In this document: one piece after another, positions 57,257 through 64,000 of the stretch | Layout of the letters: every line of letters begins with the position of its first letter | Numbering within the stretch: position 1 is the first letter of the stretch | Assembly (NCBI GenBank): GCA_041483895.1 | Contig: JBGPGO010000006.1 | Coordinates: 128,001-192,000, forward strand | Direction of reading: 5' to 3' | Source of the DNA: Fimbriimonadia bacterium | GTDB taxonomy: Bacteria > Armatimonadota > Fimbriimonadia > Fimbriimonadales > JABRVX01 | Length of the DNA: 64,000 nt | The notes under the pieces: generated by a model | Database searches by the model: none | Told to the model about the DNA's origin: nothing | What the model saw: the letters and a program-made list of their open reading frames with translations, nothing else | Position numbers and translations under genes: made by a program

Positions 57257-57425
57257 TGTCATTCCGCTTAATTTTGTCATTCCGAGCTTGTCGAGGAATC
57301 CCTTTCAGAACCTCTCGAATTTCACCAGCGTTGCTAGTCTCCAGGAAGTTCAGAAAGGGATTCCTCGACAAGCTCGGAATGACAGCAGAGCAAAAAGAGG
57401 GATTCCTCGACAAGCTCGGAATGAC
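57257..57425. repeat. Inverted-repeat element, family F (TGTCATTCCGAGCTTGTCGAGGAATCCC)
   Basis: Perfect 32-bp arms at 57275-57306 and 57353-57384, a third arm at 57399-57425, and a partial arm at 57257. Confidence 0.9.
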
Positions 57426-57443
57426 GACGCTTAGGACGGGGAA

Positions 57444-58196
57444 TTGCTAGTCGCAGAAGATTTAACATGTGGTTATGGCGCGCGGGCCGTGCTTTCCAAC
57501 GCGACGTTTTCCCTCCCCGGTGGCGAGCTGGTCGCGCTAGTGGGTCCGAACGGAATCGGCAAGTCAACGTTGCTCAAGACGCTGACAGGCTATCTATCGC
57601 CTTTGTCCGGCAACGTGACATTGGACGATGCCGATATCGCAAAAATGCCGCCGGGTGAGCGCGCCAAACGAATCGCGTACGTCCCACAATCCGAGCCGCC
57701 TGTCTTCGATTTTCTGGTGAAGGATGTGGTGGCGATGGGCCGCACGCCGCACGGTGACGAGGCCGCGTCGGGTGAGAAAATCGAAACGGCGATGGCGGCA
57801 ATGGAACTGTTGGATCTGCGCGACCGGCCCATCACGCAGATCAGCGGCGGGGAATTGCAGCGAACTTTGATCGCGCGCGCGCTGGTCCAGGAAACGCCTC
57901 ATCTGTTGCTAGACGAGCCGACCTCCCACCTCGATCTAGGGCACCAGGCATCGGTCATGTCTCGTCTGCGCGATCTCGTCGGCGCGGGGAAATCGGCGCT
58001 CTGCGTCACGCAGGATTTGAATTTGGCCGCGGAGTTCGCCGATCGGGTGATTTTTGTTTCGCGCGATGGATTCGCTGTCGGCTCGCCGTCGAAAATCCTG
58101 ACCGAAGATCGATTGCGTCATGAGTATGGGACCAGCGTTTCGGTCAGTCAATCTCTAACGGGACGGCCATCCGTGCGAGTTGAAAGGGACGCTTAG
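57444..58196 (+). CDS. ABC transporter ATP-binding protein (siderophore/cobalamin/heme type)
   Basis: GPNGIGKST, AYVPQ, MGRTPH, ISGGELQR, LLDEPTSHLD. Confidence 0.88.
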   Translation: MLVAEDLTCGYGARAVLSNATFSLPGGELVALVGPNGIGKSTLLKTLTGYLSPLSGNVTLDDADIAKMPPGERAKRIAYVPQSEPPVFDFLVKDVVAMGRTPHGDEAASGEKIETAMAAMELLDLRDRPITQISGGELQRTLIARALVQETPHLLLDEPTSHLDLGHQASVMSRLRDLVGAGKSALCVTQDLNLAAEFADRVIFVSRDGFAVGSPSKILTEDRLRHEYGTSVSVSQSLTGRPSVRVERDA

Positions 58197-59305
58197 ACAG
58201 GCACCGCCGAGTGACAGAACTCGACCACCCGCGACGCCGCGAAACGTACTTGTTCTTTCGATAACTGCGCATGGACCGGCAACGACAGCACCTCGCGCGA
58301 GGCCTGCTCCGCGACCGGGAAATCGCCCGGTTTGTGGCCCAGATCGGCGTACGCATCCTGCAGGTGCAAACACTCCGGATAGTAGATCCCGGAATCGATT
58401 TCGCGCTCCTTGAGGAATGTCTTCAGAGCATCGCGACGAGGGTGGCGAATCGTAAACTGGTGATAGGTGTGCACGTTGCCGGAAAGAGTCTTCGGCAGCA
58501 CAGTCTCCGTGCCGGCAAGCGCCTCACAATAGATCGAAGCGTTTTGCCGCCGCCGCTCATTCCATTCCTCCAGCTTGCGCAATTTCACTCGCAGAACCGC
58601 CGCCTGAATCTCATCCAACCGACTCGCGTATCCCACTTTTCGATACAGATAGTCGCCGGTGGGCATCCCGTGCATGCGAAGACTCAAGCAGTCCTGATAC
58701 AGCGACTCGTCATCCGTTAAAATCATGCCGCCATCGCCCAGTGCGCCGAGATTCTTGGTCGGGAAAAAACTCAGAATCGCCGCTTTGCCGAACTGCCCCG
58801 CGCATTTGCCGTTACGGGACGATCTTATTGATTGCGCGCCGTCTTCCACGATCGGGATGTCGCCCGCCGCCGCGCAAGCGGCTTCCATCTCGGCCAGTTG
58901 GCCAAACAGATGCACCGGCACGATTGCTTTCGTTTTCGGGGAAATCGCGGATTTCAATTGGCTCGAATCCATATTAAAGGTGTCCCGATCGATATCCACG
59001 AATACCGTCCGCGCTCCAAGCTGCTGCACGACTTCCACTGTCGCGACAAACGTGAACGGAACCGTAATCACTTCGGTCCCCGGTCCGACGCCGAGCGCTT
59101 CCAAGGCGATCTTCAGCGCGTCCGTCCCACTTGCCACACCGGCCGCAAATCGCACGCCGTTTTGCCGCGCCAATTCCTCTTCCAGCGCCTTTCCGTGCGG
59201 CCCCAGAATGTAGCGCCCGGAAGCGCCAACGTCCAGCAAAGCGGCGTCCAACTCATCCTTGATCTCCGCGTACTGTGCGGCCAAATCCGCAATCGGTACC
59301 CTCAT
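58193..59305 (-). CDS. DegT/DnrJ/EryC1/StrS family sugar aminotransferase
   Basis: SGTDAL, FTFVAT, PVHLFGQ, EDGAQ, SFFPTKNLGALGDGG, RLDEIQAA. Confidence 0.94.
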   Translation of the reverse strand: MRVPIADLAAQYAEIKDELDAALLDVGASGRYILGPHGKALEEELARQNGVRFAAGVASGTDALKIALEALGVGPGTEVITVPFTFVATVEVVQQLGARTVFVDIDRDTFNMDSSQLKSAISPKTKAIVPVHLFGQLAEMEAACAAAGDIPIVEDGAQSIRSSRNGKCAGQFGKAAILSFFPTKNLGALGDGGMILTDDESLYQDCLSLRMHGMPTGDYLYRKVGYASRLDEIQAAVLRVKLRKLEEWNERRRQNASIYCEALAGTETVLPKTLSGNVHTYHQFTIRHPRRDALKTFLKEREIDSGIYYPECLHLQDAYADLGHKPGDFPVAEQASREVLSLPVHAQLSKEQVRFAASRVVEFCHSAVPV

Positions 59306-60354
59306 CGTATTCCCTCCCCTAACAAGCTGTAATCCTTTACGATGCTGCCCGCCCCCAGAACCACGTTCACCAGATGGCAGTGCGCGCCGATGCGGCAATC
59401 GCGATCGATCAGGCACCCTTCCACGACGCAATCCGTTCCGACGTGAACGCCCGGCAGCAGGACGCTTGCTTTGACGCGCCCGGCGATAAAACAGTGTTCG
59501 CCGACCGCGCTATGATCTTGGACGGTCGCTCCCTCTTCTATGTGGCAGCCCGGCGCGATGACGCAGCCGTTGCGGGCCTCCCCCAAGGGCGGCACAGCGG
59601 TGTCCACTTCCCCGCTCAGGATCGCCCGGGTGGCGGAAAGAAGCTGCGCGGGCCGGCCCACATCCGTCCAATATCCGCCGGTGATGTAGCCGCGGACCAG
59701 CGCGCCGGAGGAGATCAGGCCGGGGAAAAACTCGCGCTCGATGTTGCATCGGCGGTGCGGGATGCGTTCCGCCACCTCGCCCTTGAAGACGTAGAAACCG
59801 GCGTTGATGTTGTCCGTCCCTTCCTGCTTTTCGCCCCGGTCGGCGGCTCTCTTTTGCTCCTGCGTCGGCTCTTGGAACGAGAGAACGTGCCGTTGGTCAT
59901 CGGTTGGCACGACGCCGTACGGATGCGGGCGATGGACGGTGTAGAGTGTCAGGGTGGCATCGGCGCCGGATTGCTCATGGTCCTCGATGATGGCGTGGAT
60001 GTCGAAATCGTGCAGGGTGTCGCCGTTGAACACCACGCAGTTCTTGGTGGACAGGCCTTCGATGGCGTTTCGCACCGCGCCGCCCGTGTCCATCGGCTCG
60101 TCCTCGACCTTATAGATCATGTGCACCCCAAACCGGGAGCCGTCGCCGAAATGAGCCTCGATCTGGTCGGCCATGTAGTTGGTGGCGAACACGATCTCTC
60201 GAATGCCCGCCGCCCGGAGCTGCCCGACCTGATATTCCAGAAATGCCCGGTTGCATAGCGGCATCAACGGCTTGGGTCGTGTGAGGGTCAGCGGCCGCAG
60301 CCGGGTGCCGAACCCTCCGGCGATGATCACTCCTCGATAGTCTTGGGCAGGCAT
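59302..60354 (-). CDS. Sugar-phosphate nucleotidyltransferase (mannose-1-phosphate guanylyltransferase-like)
   Basis: AGGFGTRLRPLT..RPKPL, EPMDTGGA, NGD, INAG.Y, W.DVG; C-terminal hexapeptide repeats. Confidence 0.9.
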   Translation of the reverse strand: MPAQDYRGVIIAGGFGTRLRPLTLTRPKPLMPLCNRAFLEYQVGQLRAAGIREIVFATNYMADQIEAHFGDGSRFGVHMIYKVEDEPMDTGGAVRNAIEGLSTKNCVVFNGDTLHDFDIHAIIEDHEQSGADATLTLYTVHRPHPYGVVPTDDQRHVLSFQEPTQEQKRAADRGEKQEGTDNINAGFYVFKGEVAERIPHRRCNIEREFFPGLISSGALVRGYITGGYWTDVGRPAQLLSATRAILSGEVDTAVPPLGEARNGCVIAPGCHIEEGATVQDHSAVGEHCFIAGRVKASVLLPGVHVGTDCVVEGCLIDRDCRIGAHCHLVNVVLGAGSIVKDYSLLGEGIR

Positions 60355-60380
60355 AGGGAATTGTAGCATGGGCAGCCCCG

Positions 60381-60472
60381 GTAGCCGCACGCTTTAGCTT
60401 GCGAAGAATTCGTCCGGTTCCCGCACGCTTTAGCTTGCGTTCCGATTGCGCAAGCTAAAGCGTGCGACTACC
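60381..60472. repeat. Cluster of three family A REPs (+,+,-)
   Basis: GTAGCCGCACGCTTTAGCTTGCG (60381), CCGCACGCTTTAGCTTGCG (60421), inverted copy at 60449-60472. Confidence 0.88.
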
Positions 60473-60494
60473 ATCTAACGAAATGGAAATGTAT

Positions 60495-61604
60495 CTAGTC
60501 GACCAGGATGTAACTTGTATTCTTGCTTCCACCGGAATTCCGTTTTAGGATGCCGCGATCGAGGAGGTCATTGATGTCCCGCTGCGCTGTCGCTGCGGAG
60601 CAATGGCCGATTCCGGCCCACTTTTTTGCGGTCAGATTTCCTTCAAAGCCTTCCAGATATCGGTTCAGAACTTTCTTTTGGCGCTCCGACAGCGGCTCGG
60701 CGGAGAATCGCTGCCAGAATTCCGCCTTCTTAACGACGGTTCCCATGATCTGCTCGGCCCCGTCGATCGCTCGTTCCAAACATCCGACGAACCAAAGCAG
60801 CCAGTCGGTAACGTCCAAATCTCCTTTTTGCGTGCTTTCCAGAACGTCGTAGTAGCGTTTTCGCTCCGCACGGATCTGATGCGACATGCTATAGAATCGT
60901 TGGCTGGAACCTTCGGAGCGAGCCAGCGCTTGATCCGCGATTGCGCGCGCGATGCGGCCATTCCCGTCGTCGAAGGGATGGATTGCCACGAACCACAAAT
61001 GCGCAAGTCCCGCGGTGACGACGCTCTTCTGATCCGATTCCTCGTTGAACCAATGGAGAAAGCGCTGCATTTCCGAGGTCAGCCTTGCTGCCGGCGGCGC
61101 CTCGAAATGCATCTTCTGCCGCCCAATCGGACCGGAGACCACCTGCATCGGGCCATGCGCATCATCGCGCCAAGCGCCTATCCTGATGCGGTGCATGCCG
61201 GAAAAACCTGTCGGAAACAGCGCCGCATGCCAGCCGAATAGTCGCTCGGCAGTCAACGGTTGACCATAGTTTTGGGTGGCGTCCAGCGTCATCTCCACCA
61301 CCCCCTCCGTACGCGCATCGGTCGGAATTTGAGCGACGCCGGGCATACCCAGACGGCGGGCGACGGAGGACCGCACGCTCGCTCGGTCCAGATGTTCTCC
61401 TTCGATCTCAGAGCTCTTGACTACATCTTCCGTCGTTGCTTCGAGCTGTGCTTCCTGGCGCAGATCGTAACCAAAGCGCTCCATTTTGCCAAGGAGAACG
61501 CCCTGCTTGTAGCGCTCCGCTTCGACCGCCGCCAAGAGGGCGCCGCTATTCCAGCGAAACTGTGGCCAGTCCGGTCGCTCCCAAATGTACGGTATTCTCC
61601 TCAT
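60495..61604 (-). CDS. Fic family protein (DUF4172-Fic-wHTH architecture)
   Basis: YIWERPDWPQFRW N-terminus, SSEIEGE, HPFDDGNGRIAR Fic motif, C-terminal S.ATAQRDI..L. Confidence 0.93.
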   Translation of the reverse strand: MRRIPYIWERPDWPQFRWNSGALLAAVEAERYKQGVLLGKMERFGYDLRQEAQLEATTEDVVKSSEIEGEHLDRASVRSSVARRLGMPGVAQIPTDARTEGVVEMTLDATQNYGQPLTAERLFGWHAALFPTGFSGMHRIRIGAWRDDAHGPMQVVSGPIGRQKMHFEAPPAARLTSEMQRFLHWFNEESDQKSVVTAGLAHLWFVAIHPFDDGNGRIARAIADQALARSEGSSQRFYSMSHQIRAERKRYYDVLESTQKGDLDVTDWLLWFVGCLERAIDGAEQIMGTVVKKAEFWQRFSAEPLSERQKKVLNRYLEGFEGNLTAKKWAGIGHCSAATAQRDINDLLDRGILKRNSGGSKNTSYILVD

Positions 61605-61621
61605 CTTTTGAGGAGAATACC
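61591..61621. promoter_or_regulatory. Perfect 13-bp inverted repeat over the Fic start codon (putative operator)
   Basis: GGTATTCTCCTCA-TCTTT-TGAGGAGAATACC. Confidence 0.6.
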
Positions 61622-61770
61622 CCACTATTCGCATCATTTGCCCGGCGCCTCGCCGCCAGAAAAGGTGGGTAATGCCCTCCTGACCAGACTATCGGTCCTG
61701 CCTCGACCGACTCGTTGCTCGGCAGCCACGATGCCTGCGGCGAGGACCTGCCGGAGAAGCAAGCATCCTT

Positions 61771-61937
61771 GTAGACGCGGGTCGGACTACCGATATCGTT
61801 TCGAAACGCCGAACCTAAGACCCGCGTGGGAGGTCCGGCATTGATGATTCGCACCGGTATTGCCTTTTCCACCGTGGTCAAACGCGGGCACTTGGGGTTG
61901 GCGGACAGCAGGGTATCGACATGCCGCCCCGCTCTAC
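61771..61937. repeat. 167-bp REP-doublet element, family H, copy 2
   Basis: Colinear with 5496-5662, same length, GTAG...CTAC ends. Confidence 0.8.
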
Positions 61938-61969
61938 GATTGCTGCCGCTCGGACCCGCGCGTTCAGGG

Positions 61970-61993
61970 CGCAAGCTGAAGCGTGCGGCTACC
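61970..61993 (-). repeat. Family A REP
   Basis: Reverse complement reads GGTAGCCGCACGCTTCAGCTTGCG. Confidence 0.85.
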
Positions 61994-62036
61994 GGAGTCC
62001 CCCGTTTCGTGAATTCACGATATAATAACAATCGAT

Positions 62037-64000
62037 ATGCTCAAACGGACTATCTTCCTGGCAACATGCGGGGCATTGGCCGCCTGTCTCATCCTCCCCC
62101 TTATGGCGGGGGATGCGCAGAAGATCAGCTTCCAGGAGCAGATTCTGCCGCTTATCAAAGGTCGGTGCCAATCGTGCCACAAAGGCGACGCCCCGCCGGC
62201 AGGGCTGAACCTCATGAGCGACACTGGCTGGAAAAAGGGCAGCGCCAACGGCAATGTCGTCAAAGCCGGGGACTCCAAGAATTCGGTGCTGGTCCACCGA
62301 ATCATGGGCCTGGACGGCAAGGCGCAGATGCCGATGAATTTCGCCCCGCTGCTGCCGGAAGAGATTCAGCGCATCAAAGACTGGATCGACCAAGGCGCGA
62401 CCTACGACGCTCCGCGCAAGCATTGGGCCTATGTTGTTCCCAAGCGACCCGCCCTCCCCTCCGTCAAGCTGAAGGGCTGGGCGCTGAACCCAATCGACAG
62501 TTTTGTGCTTGCCCGGATGGAGAAGGATGGCCTGAGACCATCGCCGGAGGCGAGCAAAGAGACCCTGATCCGCCGCGTTTCGCTGGACCTGATCGGCCTT
62601 CCGCCCACCATCGAAGAGATCACCGGCTTCGTCAACGACAAAAGCCCGAACGCGTACGAAAAGGTGGTCGACCGGCTGCTGGCCTCCCCCCACTACGGCG
62701 AGCGGCAGGCGCGGCCCTGGCTGGACCTATCGCGCTATGCAGACAGCAACGGGTACGAGAAGGACAACAATCGCGTCGCCTGGCCCTACCGAGACTGGCT
62801 AATCAATGCCTTCAACAAGAACCTGCCCTTCGACCAGTTCACCGTCCAGCAGCTTGCCGGCGACCTGCTGCCGCACCCGACCCTCGACCAACGGGTCGCG
62901 ACCGGGTTCCACCGCAACACGATGAAGAACGAAGAGGGCGGGGTGGACCAGGACGAGGCGTTCTATGAAGTGCTCAACGATCGCGTAGCCACCACCGCCA
63001 CCGTCTGGCTAGGGACGACGATGGGCTGCGCGAAGTGCCACAACCATAAGTATGACCCATTCACGCAGAAGGATTATTACAGGCTGTATGCGTTTTATTC
63101 CAACAGCAACGTGAAGGCGGAAGGGCCGGCTTCCATAGGGGAAGAGAAGTATTACGAGCCTTCGATTCCTGTGCCGACTCCGGAGGCTGCAGCCAAGCTC
63201 GCGACCCTACGTCAAGAGGTCGAGGCGCTGGGCAAACAGTTTGATGCGGCGAAGCCCGCTGCGGTGGCGATGCTGGCGGATTGGGAGAAGCTGGCGGGAA
63301 CGGAGTCGAATTGGCGGACCCTTTCGGCCTCGCAGGCAACCGCGGATAGTGGCGCATCGGTCGAAGCGCAGCCGGACAGTTCCTATCGTGTGACCGGCAA
63401 GAACCCGGAAAAAGACAGCTACACGGTCAACGCCACGATCCCAAGCGGCGGACTGGCGGGAATTCGATTGGAGGCGCTTTCTGATGGCGCGCTGCCCAAC
63501 GGCGGACCGGGCCGCGCGGACAACGGCAACTTCGTTCTGACCTATATTTCCGCGACGCTGGACGGCAAAGCGGTGCCGCTAATGCTCGCGTCGCAGGATC
63601 TGTTCCAAGACCAGTGGCCGGCAAGCGGCGCGCTAACGCAAGATATCAATTCCGGCTGGGCGATGCTGCCCGGTCTTGGCAAGAATCACCAGGCGGTATT
63701 CCAACCACTGCAGCCGATGCAGGGCTCGAAATTGTCCGTCCGATTGGAATTCCAGTCCATCTATCCCCGCCATACGATCGGGCATTTCCGGCTCTCCGTG
63801 ACGGAAGACGCGGACCCGGCGCTGCGCATGGTTCCGGAGCGGATCAAGACGCTGCTGAATAAGCAAAGGACGGAGAAAGAGTCTCAGGAACTTCAGGCCT
63901 ATTATCTCTCGGTGGCCCCGGCGCTTGTCGACCTGAACGCGAAGAAAATGGCGGCGCAAAAGCAGCTCGACGACCTGACGGCGCAGCAGCCGGTGGCGCT
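62037..64000 (+). CDS. PSD1/DUF1549 planctomycete cytochrome c domain protein, 5' part (runs off window; absent from ORF track)
   Basis: Manual translation: MLKRTIFLATCGALAACL..., CQSCH, WIDQGA, HWAY, NPIDSFV, LIRRVSLDLIGLPPT, RYADSNGYEKD, CAKCHNHKYDP. Confidence 0.9.
   Translation, partial: MLKRTIFLATCGALAACLILPLMAGDAQKISFQEQILPLIKGRCQSCHKGDAPPAGLNLMSDTGWKKGSANGNVVKAGDSKNSVLVHRIMGLDGKAQMPMNFAPLLPEEIQRIKDWIDQGATYDAPRKHWAYVVPKRPALPSVKLKGWALNPIDSFVLARMEKDGLRPSPEASKETLIRRVSLDLIGLPPTIEEITGFVNDKSPNAYEKVVDRLLASPHYGERQARPWLDLSRYADSNGYEKDNNRVAWPYRDWLINAFNKNLPFDQFTVQQLAGDLLPHPTLDQRVATGFHRNTMKNEEGGVDQDEAFYEVLNDRVATTATVWLGTTMGCAKCHNHKYDPFTQKDYYRLYAFYSNSNVKAEGPASIGEEKYYEPSIPVPTPEAAAKLATLRQEVEALGKQFDAAKPAAVAMLADWEKLAGTESNWRTLSASQATADSGASVEAQPDSSYRVTGKNPEKDSYTVNATIPSGGLAGIRLEALSDGALPNGGPGRADNGNFVLTYISATLDGKAVPLMLASQDLFQDQWPASGALTQDINSGWAMLPGLGKNHQAVFQPLQPMQGSKLSVRLEFQSIYPRHTIGHFRLSVTEDADPALRMVPERIKTLLNKQRTEKESQELQAYYLSVAPALVDLNAKKMAAQKQLDDLTAQQPVA

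Noticed and set aside
55664..57280. 538-aa minus-strand ORF
   Set aside because: Antisense shadow of msbA
58193..59305. DegT aminotransferase as GnnB for diamino-glucose lipid A
   Set aside because: Opposite strand to the lpx operon, no GnnA-like dehydrogenase adjacent, and coupled to a nucleotidyltransferase; cannot be supported from sequence alone
61826..62968. 380-aa plus-strand ORF in the track
   Set aside because: Wrong frame; the real gene starts at 62037 in another frame and runs off the window
1..64000. tRNA, rRNA, integrase, transposase or prophage genes
   Set aside because: No cloverleaf, rRNA-like segment or recombinase/transposase motifs recognised; intergenic gaps are short and mostly accounted for by repeats

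Overview
A GC-rich bacterial chromosome segment made up mostly of housekeeping genes. It probably comes from a diderm Terrabacterium, most likely Armatimonadota/Fimbriimonadia (inferred from an SLH protein alongside lipid A genes, a 3-POTRA BamA and a C-terminal dockerin-like module). It carries the 3' end of mreB, a tricorn-like protease, two tandem 7-blade beta-propeller paralogs, ribF, mtaB, lpxK, tyrA-aroA-cmk-plsC, mrp, infC-rpmI-rplT-pheS-pheT, a lipoprotein cluster, a probable PPi-PFK, pckA and lipA. It also holds an outer-membrane cluster (tamB-ECF sigma-bamA-skp-skp-like-lpxD-lpxC-fabZ-lpxA-lpxB-msbA), a Fic gene, and a planctomycete-type cytochrome c (PSD1) gene missing from the ORF track. 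I found no rRNA, tRNA, CRISPR array or transposase. The most striking signal is non-coding: about seven distinct short palindromic or tandem repeat families. One is a 167-bp GTAG...CTAC REP-doublet element present twice, 56 kb apart, with covarying stems. One arm of it is also inserted in frame inside ribF, where it contributes most of a ~24-residue insertion. Other candidates are an aromatic-rich leader peptide before tyrA-aroA, a non-AUG infC start under a hairpin, widespread leaderless promoters, and an autoregulatory ECF promoter inside the OM operon.
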